Positions 24,496 through 36,021 of a stretch of 64,000 bases of DNA are shown piece after piece. This DNA comes from Macrostomum lignano (taxonomy: Eukaryota), in NCBI GenBank assembly GCA_002269645.1, contig NIVC01000870.1, positions 186,001 through 250,000 of the forward strand, in the 5' to 3' direction. A model generated the notes under the pieces. The model worked only from the letters and a program-made list of their open reading frames with translations, searched no databases and had not been told where the DNA came from. Both the position numbers and the translations under genes were made by a program. Numbering within the stretch: position 1 is the first letter of the stretch; each line of letters begins with the position of its first letter.

Positions 24496-26039
24496 AATTG
24501 AATCTACTATAGCCTACTTATTACCTAAGTAAAAAGCATGAAACTGTTTGGCTAGCAAAAGGCGTGTGGGGTAGCATTAAATGTCACTCTTCCTTTCCCT
24601 AATTTTTTCAGATTTCCATTAGAAGCATATATGTGAAGGAGAAGGCATTCTGTAATGCCTATTATAAATATTTTTGTATTGAAAGTACTTTATTATTTTA
24701 TTTGCGATTAGAATTGCTATATGACGCAATTCTAGAAAAGTCTATTAAATTACTTTACTTAAATAAAGCTTTCAAAGAAAGAGCAAAGGCTACCTAAAAT
24801 ACGAAATTTGAACCAAGATGTTTGTGCAGGAGCTGAAAGTTGCCAGCTCTGATTGGCGCACATGCCACACAAGCTTACAAACTTTTGTTGGCGATAAAAC
24901 AAAACAACTTGTAGCTAGGCTAACTGATTTCTGTAACAATGTAATGGCAACCTGTTTTTGCTGAATAATTAACCGATTTAATAAATAGTAAACAAAGCTG
25001 TCTACTTTCTAACTAGATCCTGAATGCCATATTATGGAAGGTGTAGTATACACCAGAAAATTCCGGCATACAAATGTTTCAGCTGGCATACATCTGGCAT
25101 ACAAACGCTTTAGCTGGCGTATATATGGCATACAAATGCTTTGTCTGGCGTACATCTAGCGTAAACAGAGGAAATACAACCACCATGCACAATCATTTGC
25201 AAAATTCAATTGAATTTAGATAAATTCTGTTAGTCACACTTCAGTTTATTAAAAGGAAAAGTTCTGCTATGCAAATTTTATACCTATTATAAGTCTGAGC
25301 GTGTAATGTAGACAGTTTATTTTAAGTTTCAAGCACTGAATTACGAGTTGTGCCACTGATATATGAGCTAAAGCCCTGTAGAATAGCTTCTAATACAAGC
25401 TATAGAAACAACATGAACAATAAATTACATTAGCCTAAGAGTTACAGAAATAGGGGCAGTGTCCAATGGCTTGCCGCAGGGCTAGCTAGAGAATGAAGTC
25501 CAACCGCCGGCAGTGTCCAGCGCATTGGCGTCGCACAGTACATGTAGGTAGTCCAGTGAGTCCACATATCGCTGAGTTTGAGCCTGGCCCCGCCTGAACA
25601 GGCCCTGCATGGTGAGCAAGACGTCCTGGACAGGTTGGGGGCAGTAGCTTTTGGCACGGATGACGTAGTCCGAGCTATATTTTTTACAGCTGTCTGCATT
25701 AATATTAGTGGTACTCCAGCTAGCACTTGTCCGGCTGGCAGTTTTCCGACTGGCAGTTTTCTCAGCTGGCAGTTGTTGGCTGGCAGTTGTCGGCTGGCAG
25801 TTTTCCAGCTGGCAGTTTTCTGGCTGGCAGTTTTCTTGGCTGGCAGTTGTCGGCAGGTTTTTTTGCTCGCAGAGTGTGCATATGCACCCTAAATTTTAAA
25901 ATCGCACCCTGAAATTAAAAAAGTAGGTGCGGTTTAGGTGCGGTCTTATAACCATTTTTCTTTAAAGGCTTAACCATGCTTAAGCTATTTTTCATGCACT
26001 GCCTTAAAATATATGAAACAAAATAACTGTATAAGACAT

Positions 26040-26230
26040 CCCGGTGGGACAGCTTTTTGGGGCGCAGGGTGGGGCGCCGTGCGCCCCGCTATACGCCTTC
26101 CCGCCGCCTGGGCGCTAGGTGATTTTCCTATACGCCCCCGCTATACGCCCCCTCGCCGCCTAGGCGCTAGGTGACTTTGCTATTCGCCCCGCTATACGCC
26201 CACCCGCCGCCGAGGCGCAGGGTTTTATTA
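26040..26230 (+). repeat. Probable DNA-transposon end with GC-rich subterminal repeats
   Basis: Starts CCCGGTGGGACAG, followed by repeated CGCCCCGCTATACGCC / GGCGCTAGGTGA units. Confidence 0.45.
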
Positions 26231-26699
26231 ACATCACTTTTCGCGGTTTTTTTAATCTTTTCGTGTAGTACACGTGACTTGTGGTTGCAGAAAAATATTA
26301 TTTTACGTTTAACATGTCTAGTTGCTCTGAAATTTGGCAATATTGTTTGCATTATTTTCAAAATTTTCTACTAAATTTTTAACTTTTTTTTCACGAATGC
26401 GAAAATATTTGGAGGAAGATTAATTCGCTATGTGCTACTATTAGTAGAAACGATAGGATACTGTTTCAGTCATATCCTGTAGCTCATTCCTTCCGAAAGA
26501 CCTGTACATGTAGACTGCAATTATATGACTCTGCATGACAACTTAGTGTAATAGCTAGCCAGTATATAAAACATGGTTGCTTCTAAATTTATATTTCCTC
26601 TACATTTATCATAGAGCATAGGGACTCAAAATTCGTCGAGATCAATCTGGATCAAGGGAGGTCCCAAAATCGATTCCGTGCCTTCCCTAGATTCCCTAG

Positions 26700-26940
26700 A
26701 TTAGTAGGGTGAGAGGGAGATCAGTAGGGTGAGAGGGAGAGCGGGTAGGGTGAGAGGGGGATTAGGTAGGGTGAGAGGGAGATTAGTAGGGTGTGAGGGA
26801 GAGCAGTAGGGTAAGAGGGGGATCAGGTAGGGTGAGAGGGAGATCAGTAGGGTGTGAGGGAGAGCAGTAGGGTGAGAGGAAGTGTGGTAGTGAGATGCAG
26901 TAGAGTGAGAGGAAGTGGGGTAGTGAGATGCAGTAGATTT
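26700..26940. repeat. About 20-bp purine-rich minisatellite
   Basis: AGTAGGGTGAGAGGGAGATC-like units. Confidence 0.9.
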
Positions 26941-27539
26941 CGCAGGTAATCCCGAGATTTAGCCGCTCATCTCAGCTGGCATTGCGAAAAAGAAAGAAAA
27001 CGCCAAGTCTTTAACTTCCAGATTTAACATTCTCACTTAATCCGCAATTCAAAACGCCTTAAATTGAGTCAGAGCGAATGGCTAATTTTACTATTAAATG
27101 AAACTTCTGCCTCGAGTTTGGCACGCAAAAACAAGTAAACAAAAGTGCAAATTCTATCAGACTACCTAGTAAGGGGTCAGACAAAGGGCGCACCCAGTTA
27201 AGCAGGTCAGAAAGCCTCTCACCCAACCAATCAGAGGACCTAACTGCCGGTAGCCAAGGAATCCATAGAGACAGAAGCGCTCGGACAGGATGCTGATGCT
27301 GATCTCAACTGACGAGTGCCGCCGTTACTCTTCACTGCTGGTTGCTGTTGCTCCTCTGACCAGCTACATGTATTCCCTGCACACCGGAGGCGCCGTGGAA
27401 ACAAGGCGGGCCAATCAGCTACACAGCCTAATTTAAAAGCTGTTTTGCAGCTTCCGTGAGATAGCAGCTGCATTATAGAGAAATGATGGGGCTGCCGCCA
27501 GTAGTCAGGAGTTGGATTTAACGCCACTCTATCATCAGT

Positions 27540-27807
27540 GAGGCTTTTCATATTACCAATTCAAGAATCAGAATCGGTTCGGATCTTCCAAGAAAAACGG
27601 CAGTATAACTATTTAATTCTGTTGAATGTTTGACTGCCTTAACAACCTCAACTTAACAACCGCACAATTTTTCACTTTCTTCTTGGCGATTGTCATTCAA
27701 TAATAAAAACTTTATAGCACGTATCTCCCTCTAGTTATGGAAACAAAAAGTTATACTTCACAACTTGGTTCTGGTTCTGGAACCAGAACAAGCAATATGA
27801 AAAGGCC
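27540..27807. mobile_element. MITE copy 1 (copy 2 at 52860-53120)
   Basis: Ends (G)AGGCTTTTCATATT ... AATATGAAAAGGCC; flanks CAGT/CAGT. Confidence 0.85.
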
Positions 27808-28429
27808 CAGTTTCGGCTCTCCATTAACGGTGAGAGCAAAATAACGTCGTTTTTGAATGATTTTGAGCGTACGTCTTTTTCATGCTCAATTTCAGTATCA
27901 GTTTAGTTTCAATTTAAAAATACACTTGCCTCGTTTTGAGGCCTGTTAACCAGTTCCAAGGTCTACTACCTATCTCAATGTAAATGCAAATTCTCAGGCT
28001 TTATTTTAGCCATATTTAGACGGCCACTCCGACATGGTACATGTAATTGGATTGAGCCTTGAAAGTACTCAGCAGCATTATACATAAAGTGGCGCACAAT
28101 GAATTAAGACCATCTAACACAAATTTGAACTTTTAGTTTTATAACCTTCACAGATTGCGGAAGCATTTAATCTAATCAGTTATAGATAACCGTGGTATCA
28201 ATCAGTCAAATTATAGTTATGTGTTGTGTAATTACTCACAATTAATTAGAGCCCTTATCTCACAATCGAATTTGATAAGTCACAGAGTAATAAGACCACT
28301 TAATTAATTGGGCTAAAAGGTGCTACAACAGTGGCCCTGCTGATTCCAAAGTCCAAAACATCCAAGTCCAAGTCCAAAACATCAAATTCAATACAACTCC
28401 AAGCAAAAATTATCTCGAACTCTCCTAGA

Positions 28430-29100
28430 ATGGGAAAGACAAAGCTCTATCGCCTGAATCGTGTAGGAAAATCAGGGCCCTCTTCGACCAAGGAGTTTCC
28501 CAGCGGGCCAAAGTCACGTACGCAGAAAACGTGCGTCCAGCAGCAAGCACTCAGGCGCCACAGCAGCACTGGCTGTGCCTCAAGACCTGGCAGGGCACCG
28601 AAAACTGACCACCGACTGGATCGACGAATTGTGCGAATGCCCGAGTCCAACCGTCGACTCACCGCTGTGGACATCAGCCGTGAACTTCTGGTGTCCAGCT
28701 GCACCACATGACTGTCCGCCACCGTTTGGTAGCTGCCGGACTGCATGGCCACATTGCTAGGAAGAAGCCGTTTATCTCCGACGAGAGCAAATTTTCCCGC
28801 ACTGATTCTGATGGCCGCCAGTATGTGCGCCACCGAGCTGGTGAGGAATTCGATTCCAGTTGCCCCGTTGGTTCCATGAAGCATGGAGATGGCAATGTCA
28901 TGGTGTGGGCTGCATTCTCCAGAGCTGGACCTGAGCCAATAACTCGCATTGAGGGCATCATGGACAGTTAGACGTATCGTGACATCCTCAGCAGCACCTA
29001 CCAGAGGCTGTAGATGCGCTGCCATCGTGCAGTGAACAGCTGCCAGTTTCAGCAGGACAACGATCCGAAGCACAATTCCAAGGCTGTGAAGACATGACAA
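28430..29100 (+). pseudogene. Tc1-like transposase with deletions and frameshifts
   Basis: MGKTK..., RPGRAPKT, TVRHRL..RKKPF, SDESKF, KHGDGNVMVWAAFS, QDNDPKH. Confidence 0.88.
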
Positions 29101-29364
29101 TCCGATTGAGAATCTGTGCTACTGGGTCGAGCGGGACTGGGAGATTTAACTTGACCGAATGACGATATAGCCGCATGTGGATCTAATATCCCCAAGATTA
29201 CTAACCAAAGAAATAAAATGTCTAGCTTTTGATGAGATTGTGAGACTACATGTTCATACAGTATACACATGTATAAACTATACTAGACAAACAAATACAC
29301 TACCAGCGTAGCTCGAATACACGTACACGCTGTGTATACTTCAATCGGTCGAATAAATAGAAAA

Positions 29365-29980
29365 ACCATCCTCCATCAACTCCGCCCCTTCGACCCCCTC
29401 CATCAGCTCCGCCCCTTCGACCCCCTCCATCAGCTCCGCCCCTTCGACCCCCTCCATCAGCTCCGCCCCTTCGACCCCCTCCATCAGCTCCGCCCCTACC
29501 GCCCCCTCCAACAGCTCCGCCCCTACCGCCCCATCAGCTCCGACCCTCCAAAAGGTCCGCCCCCTCCAACAGCTCCGCCCCCTCCAACAGCTCCGCCCCC
29601 CTTATTGCCCCCCATCAGCTCCGCCCCTATTGCCCCCATCAGCTCCGCCCCTACCGCCCCTCCAACAGCTCCGCCCCTAACGCCCCCATCAGCTCCGACC
29701 CTCCAAAAGGTCCGCCCCCCTCCAACAGCTCCGCCCCCTTATTGCCCCCCATCAGCTCCGCCCCTATTGCCCCCCCCATCAGCTCCGCCCCTTACCGCTC
29801 CCTCCAACAGCACCACCCCTACCGCCCCCCTCCATCAGCTCTGCCCCTATTGCCCCCCATCAGCTCCGCCCCTACCGCCCCTCCAAAAGGTCCGACCCTA
29901 CCACCTCCCTCCAAAAGCTCCGCCGCTACCTCCAAAAGGTCCGCCCCTAACGCCTCCCTTCATCAGCTCCTCAGCTCCTC
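29365..29980. repeat. C-rich minisatellite (27-bp units decaying to shorter variants)
   Basis: CCATCAGCTCCGCCCCTTCGACCCCCT repeats that abut the 5' LTR remnant. Confidence 0.9.
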
Positions 29981-30087
29981 CTTCGATTTATTTTGGAACT
30001 ACGACTTACTGCAACTCTCGTCAAAACGGCCCTTTTAAGGGTCATAGCCATAGCTAGCCGCTACATCAAAAATCGTGACATTAATTT

Positions 30088-30104
30088 TGGAGGTCCCACC
30101 GAGA
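30088..30104 (+). promoter_or_regulatory. tRNA-Gln primer-binding site
   Basis: TGGAGGTCCCACCGAGA is complementary to the tRNA-Gln 3' end UCUCGGUGGGACCUCCA and lies 7 nt after the LTR end. Confidence 0.88.
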
Positions 30105-30674
30105 CTCCTGCTCAGCACTGCCGGCTCGCAACTAAGTCAGTGCCACCGAGACACCTGCTCAGCACTGCCGGCTCTCAACTAAATCAGTGCCATCAAGACG
30201 TCTGCTCAGCCCTGCCAGCTCGCAACCAAGCGCCAGCGAGATTCTGCTCAGCTCTGCCGGCTCGTGACTGAGTGCCGGCCTGCCACGTCTGAGTGTCGGT
30301 CCGCAAGGCTGCGAGAGCCTGTGCCTGTGCCACGTCAGGCTCAGGGGTCCTGATCGTCCGGCTGGTCATCGCCCTGAGCAACGCGCGCTGTCAACTGCGT
30401 TGAGCTCGAGCTTACGCTCTGCCAAGATAGCTCCGCTGCGTGTGCCAACCCACGCCAGGTTACGCCGTGCGCTGATTGTTTGTAGGGACTATTGCCTGAC
30501 AGTTAGTCTGGGTGGTTTGCGTGATAGGACTTTCCCCTATACTAGGCTTTTTGTGGTTTGCCCCTGTCAGGCGTATTTTATTACTTGGACGCAATCTCTC
30601 TCACCTCTCTCGCGTCATCAACCTCAATTCGTTTTCTCTGAAATCTTATTTTCATTCACGCTCAATCTTGCACA

Positions 30675-32921
30675 ATGTCCGACAACGGGGACAACCACGC
30701 TGCAGCGTCATTGGCTGACGGAGATGCCGTCGGGCCAGGTCAGGACGCAGATGATGCCGGCGAGCAGCCAGCAGGCGCAGCTGCTGTCGCCGCGCCAGCT
30801 CCCAGTGAGCACTTCTTGCTGACTCAAACCTTAGCCTCTCTTCACCGGATGCTCGAAGAGCGTCTCGCCGTTTCCTCGCCGTCAGCGCCAGATTCCTTGC
30901 CGCCTGCGAAGCCAGATATACGCCTTCGCCCTCCAATAGCTTATCAGCCGAAAATGAACTTCGATACGCTGAAGGTCCAGCAGTCCACCCTGGAGCGCAT
31001 AGCCGAATACGATTTCACTGTCCAGTACCGTCCAGGCGTTGATCACGTGCCTGCTGACGCTCTTAGTAGACTACCAAAGTTCAGAGCTGACCACTTCGAC
31101 TGTCCGACGTGCAGCCAGATTCCAGAATTCAAGGGGAAGTTCCCGAACCAAGATCCAAAGCCCCGGCGTATGCCCCCCTCTAGGGAGCTGCGCCAGGTGT
31201 GTGTCCAGACCACGGGCATCAGCGTCGCGTGTCAGACTGACACCGATGCCCCGGCCGAGCCAGCGCCGAATGTCCGCGCTACTGTTAGTAGTGCTGCTCC
31301 TAACCCAGAGACTCCCGGACACGATACTGAATCCAAGATACCACCTGAGCTCATCTGGGCCCAGAATGCCCAAGACTCTTGTGTTGACATGGCGCCGCTG
31401 ATTGCCAGTGTCCAGGGCAAGGCCGCGCCATTGTCCAAGGCCGAACTGCAGGGTTGTAGCCGGGAAATGCGCTCACTCTGGGCTCAATTCAACGACCTTG
31501 AAGTGGTCGAGGGTCTCTTGTACCTAGCCAAATCTTCCAAAGCCAAAACTGCCAACAGGCGCCTAGTCGTGCCTGAGACCGCAGACGTCAGTCATCTGGT
31601 CCTCCAGTATCATGGCCAGTTGAACCATTGCGGTATCACCAAGACGATGGCCGCCCTGAAGGCACGCTTCGTCATTTCCGACTTAGATACTATAGTCAAG
31701 GGGGTCCTGGCCGAATGCACCGTTTGCGCTAAGACCAAGAAGTCAAAGCGTAAGCTCAAGGCCCCTATGCAGCCAGAACTGTCCGGCTACCCGAACCAGT
31801 TTGTCCACGTGGACCACGCAGGTCCGTTCGAAGAGTGTGACGGGTACAAATACCTGCTGGTTATGATCGACAGGTTCACCGGGTTTGTCGAAGTAGTCCC
31901 TGTTTCCGACGTCAGCGCAGAGACCACTGCCACAACCATCTTGACTGAATGGGTTGCCAGGTATGGGGTGATGGAGCAGTTGGTATCTGATAACGGAACT
32001 GCCTTCATCAACAGCACCATGACAGAATTGACTAGACTCTTACAAATTGACATGGGTCGGATCACAGCCCGTCGCCCTCAGGCTAACGGTAAAGCTGAGA
32101 GGATGATCCAGACGGTGAAAGCCCAGATTAGAGCTATCTGTCTTGAGAGACAATGCGACTGGCCTCTCGCCAGCCGCCTGGCCGCCATGTCAATCCGTGC
32201 CACAGTAGCCGAATCCACCGGATTTACCCCAGCCAAACTTTTCTTCGGGCGTGAATTCGATTTACCGCTCGATCTCTGTCACAATCCACCACCAAATGAG
32301 CACTACCAGCCGGAGAGATACGCCCACCAATTGCATCGTACGTTAGTCGAAACCTCTGCCTTAGCCCGCCGCACTAGGGGCAAAACCCAGGAAAGGCAGA
32401 AGAGGTATTACGACCGCCGCGCTCTCCGCGCTGAGTTCCACGAAGGAGAATTAGTCTGGGTCTTGAACCCGAATCACAAGGGCATTGAACCCACTGTGTG
32501 GTTGGGGCCATACCGAGTAGTGCAGCGCTGCTCAGAGCGGACTTACCGGTTAGTCCCCGAGTATGGACTCCTAAACCCAGCAGATCGGGTGCCCAATCCA
32601 CGCCACAACATTTACAACATTGATCGTCTCAAACCGTGTATTAGACAGCCCACTTACCAAGACGTAGTTGACCGGTATGGTGAGGCCACCCATGCCAGAT
32701 CGCCTGCACCTAGTGCGAACCCGCCCAGCGGACCCACGAGCGAGCTTAGCCTCGTCACCATTCCCCAGCCACCTTCTGCCCGGCCGGAGAGCCCACGCAG
32801 AGAACCAGGGCCAAACCCACCACCGCCAGCTTCAGGCGCCTTTGAAGAGGGGGCGGGAGCTGAAGCTGAAGAAGTCCAACCATTCGCCGAAGCTGGCGAT
32901 GCTGTGGCCATTGAGGGATAG
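30675..32921 (+). CDS. Gag-N-terminus / RNase H tail / integrase fusion protein
   Basis: EYDFTVQYRPG..ADALSR, HHCC (YHGQLNH...CTVC), HVD, SDNG and KAER with exactly 35 residues between the last D and E. Confidence 0.88.
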   Translation: MSDNGDNHAAASLADGDAVGPGQDADDAGEQPAGAAAVAAPAPSEHFLLTQTLASLHRMLEERLAVSSPSAPDSLPPAKPDIRLRPPIAYQPKMNFDTLKVQQSTLERIAEYDFTVQYRPGVDHVPADALSRLPKFRADHFDCPTCSQIPEFKGKFPNQDPKPRRMPPSRELRQVCVQTTGISVACQTDTDAPAEPAPNVRATVSSAAPNPETPGHDTESKIPPELIWAQNAQDSCVDMAPLIASVQGKAAPLSKAELQGCSREMRSLWAQFNDLEVVEGLLYLAKSSKAKTANRRLVVPETADVSHLVLQYHGQLNHCGITKTMAALKARFVISDLDTIVKGVLAECTVCAKTKKSKRKLKAPMQPELSGYPNQFVHVDHAGPFEECDGYKYLLVMIDRFTGFVEVVPVSDVSAETTATTILTEWVARYGVMEQLVSDNGTAFINSTMTELTRLLQIDMGRITARRPQANGKAERMIQTVKAQIRAICLERQCDWPLASRLAAMSIRATVAESTGFTPAKLFFGREFDLPLDLCHNPPPNEHYQPERYAHQLHRTLVETSALARRTRGKTQERQKRYYDRRALRAEFHEGELVWVLNPNHKGIEPTVWLGPYRVVQRCSERTYRLVPEYGLLNPADRVPNPRHNIYNIDRLKPCIRQPTYQDVVDRYGEATHARSPAPSANPPSGPTSELSLVTIPQPPSARPESPRREPGPNPPPPASGAFEEGAGAEAEEVQPFAEAGDAVAIEG

Positions 32922-33199
32922 CCACAGCCAAGCACAGACACTGCCACCAGCCGCAGCCAAGACAGCTCAGAGTCGCTGTACACGGCTTCCTTGGGGGATC
33001 CTTCCCTGCCGGCCTCCGAGCAAATAGAACCACCTGAGCCTGTTGCGAACCCAGCCGCTGCGCAAGCAGTTGAACCGCCAGTCCCGGCTGCTGAACCCAG
33101 ATCCAGATACGGGCGCCCCATCCGCCCACCTGTCAGGTACCGGACCTGTCAAGTGTCCGACCTGCTCCAGCAGTGGGGAAGCAAGCACTAATTAGTCAC

Positions 33200-33680
33200 G
33201 TCCCGGGCAAGGCGTTAAACTACCTCCTGTGGCACCTGCCGGCCACAGGTCTCTGCGGCACCTGTAGACCGCAAGCTCGCGCCCCGGGAGAGGCGTTAAA
33301 CTACCTCCTGTGGCACCTGTAGACCGCAAGCTCACGCCCCTGGCAAGGCGTTAAACTACCTCCTGTGGCACCTGTTGGTCACAGGTCCCTGCGGCATCTG
33401 CCAGCCGCAAGCCACAAAACACAAGCCACAGCTGTTACTCACTGCCAGATACTAAAGTGTGCACAACTTCCACAGCTGTACCAGCCAACAGCCAACCACC
33501 GTAGTCAAGGGGATAAACTGCAGCGATACTACAATTTGATAATATATAGCTGACTAAAATAAATAAACTAAATATACAGCTATAAACCACACAAGCTCGC
33601 GCCCCGGGCAAGGCGTAAAACTACCTCCTGTGGCACCTGTCGGCCACAGGTTCCTGCGGCACCTGTAGACCGCACCAACC
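33200..33680 (+). repeat. Repeated motif with hairpin in the 3' region of element 2
   Basis: Core AGGCGT(T/A)AAACTACCTCCTGTGGCACCTG occurs four times, near 33210, 33291, 33346 and 33611. Confidence 0.85.
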
Positions 33681-34199
33681 CCGACTGCGCCCGGTCGGTA
33701 TTTCCGAAGTCTATGAAATGTACAAGTACGTCCAAACCATAAATAAATAAAACATCAGCATAATTAGCATAATTAGCATTAACATAAATGTGGCGACAGT
33801 ATAAATATGATATTGTCCTAACACAAGAATATAGATAATATCGCAGCAACCAACTCCGACTGCACCTGGTCGGCGTTGCCATAGTCTATAAAATACACTA
33901 CGGCGCCAGAAACATAAATATTATATAAGACATTAGCCTCAACTCAAACTCAAAAACAAAAGAAAAACTGAAAAAGCCATTGAAAACTTGAAAAAATATG
34001 CATATAGGAACATAGCTAGCTCAGCTCATTAGCTAAGTACAGCGCAACGCTACTCAGCTCGTTGACGAGTGCAGCATCGCTTCTCTTTCAAAAATGAGCT
34101 GCAGCTGATCGCCAAATTTCGTAAAGCTCAATAAATATAACCATTAGATAGATATATTTGTGGGGTAAAAGTAAGCAACACATACACACACACCGCACG

Positions 34200-34640
34200 C
34201 ACGCACGCTCTGTTGGGCGCTTCTGCGCCATCTTCTGCCTTGGCGCGCTGCGCCGTTCTTCTGCCTTTGGCGCGTGGCGCCGTCCTCTGCCTGGCGCGTT
34301 GCGCCGTCCTCTGCCTGGCGCGCTGCGCCATCCTCTGCCTGGCGCGCTGCGCCATCCTCCGCCTTGGCGCGCTGCGCCGTTCCTCTGCCTGGCGCGCTGC
34401 GCCGTTCTCCTGCCTTGGGCGCGCTGCGCCATTCTCTGCCTTTGGCGCGTGGCGCCATCTTCTGTTTTTGGCGCGTGGCGCCGTTCCTGCCTTGGCGCGC
34501 TGCGCCGTCCTCTGCCTGGCGCGTGGCGCCGTCCTCTGCCTGGCGCGTGGTGCCGTCCTCCGCCCTGGCGCGCCGCGCCGCGTCTCCTGCCTTGGGCGCT
34601 CCTGCGCCGGTTGCCTCCTGCCTGTCTGTTGGCGCGCCGC
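34200..34640. repeat. GC-rich minisatellite inside element 2 (mirror copy at about 15570-16015)
   Basis: TGGCGCGCTGCGCCGTCCTCTGCC-like units of about 23-26 bp. Confidence 0.9.
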
Positions 34641-35136
34641 GCCGTGTCCCGCCGCCCTTGACGCTTGTCGTCGTTTGCCCGCAGTTGTCCGGACTGTGCC
34701 TCTGTTCCGTGCCTCTGCTCTGTTTTCGTTGCCTCATCCACCTTGTCATCCTTGTTCTGTCTTTGCCTCATCCATCGTATCACTCTGCGCGTCCTTTTGT
34801 CGTTTTTTGAGTTCGCGCGCGCCACGCGCTCTGTCATGCGCTACTTCCGTAATCATTGTTATATTTTTGTTATGTTTTTGTAACGCCACCATGTCGTACT
34901 ACTCATGCTCACCGCGTCCTACTGCCCTGTAATATTCTTTTCCTGTAATATTCTGTAGCCTTTGGAATTTTGTAATTTTGTCCGGTAATCACATACTCCT
35001 ATATACTAACTCAAGCTCCCTGTAATTCGTTCTACTGTAATTTCATAAGCTGCAGTCACGTTGTGTTTTCCTTGCCGTCACCCCGCGTGTTGGTTTTCTT
35101 TAGCGTGACCCTATCCTTTTTCGGAAGGGAGGCGGG

Positions 35137-36021
35137 TGTGACGTTGCCAGTTTAAAGTGGTCCCGAGAGGGGCCGTTGGACTGTAACTCCTTTACAATTT
35201 CTCCAATCGTTTATTTTAACGTTTACTTGTAGTAGTGCCCAATGAATCTGTACCTAATGTCGCTAATTCACTGCGCGTTTTGCTATCCTTTCATGCGACC
35301 GTAGAAAACTTGCACGATCGATAATTTTAAGTTCTTTAGCCAGCCAATGAAAACCACTCGTGCTTCGCGCTACCCCCCCTCTGCGCTCCTTTATTAACCC
35401 TCGCCTGGCGGGCTGGGGGCCTCCACTTGTCTGGTTCTTGTTTTTCTTGTCTGGCTCTTGTTTTTCTTGTCTGGCTCTTGTTTTTCTTGTCTGGCTCTTG
35501 TTTTTCTTGTCTGGTTCTCGCGTTCTTCTCTTGTCTGGCTGCCTCGAGCCTCCTTATCTCTCGCCACGGCCCCCCTGTCTGGGCCAGCCTGTTTACACAC
35601 TGCCTTCACTGTGCTCTGCCACGGCTAACACCAATCTCGCCACTACTCATCTGCCTGCCTACTGCTACTCACTGCCTTCACTGTGCTCATCGCCATTGCT
35701 CATCACGTTGCGTTGCCACCGCATCATTCGCCTGCCACTGACTTCATATTCTAATTATCTTCAAAACCATTGTTGCAGCCGCCAGTGCCCAGAAAGCTAT
35801 AGTTTGTGTATTGACAGTAATAACCAGTTCTAATATTGATCTCAACAATAAAAACAACTACGGCAGTTTCCTGCCTTTATCGCCAAGTGCTCCGCTACAC
35901 AATCCGATTTGCAAGAGTTGACTTCGATTTATTTTGGAACTACGACTTACTGCAACTCTCGTCAAAACGGCCCTTTTAAGGGTCATAGCCATAGCTAGCC
36001 GCTACATCAATAATCGTGACA
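35137..36021 (+). repeat. 3' LTR of element 2
   Basis: TG...CA ends, preceded by the PPT GGAAGGGAGGCGGG, with an internal 20-bp tandem repeat at 35441-35520. Confidence 0.88.

Larger units (their letters stand above)
29981..36021 (+). mobile_element. Gypsy-like LTR element 2 lacking PR/RT (integrase-only)
   Basis: 5' LTR remnant 29981-30080 matches 35922-36021 with 1 mismatch. Also present: PBS-Gln, 748-aa ORF, PPT at about 35122-35136 and 3' LTR 35137-36021 (TGTGAC...GTGACA). Confidence 0.9.

Noticed and set aside
24268-25856. A single foldback element formed by the two inverted arrays
   Set aside because: The shared terminus-like motif (CCAGCTAGCAC-like) lies at the inner ends, the outer ends do not match, and no TSD was found.
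29332-30057. Pro-rich 241-aa ORF
   Set aside because: It is a read-through of the C-rich array into the LTR remnant.
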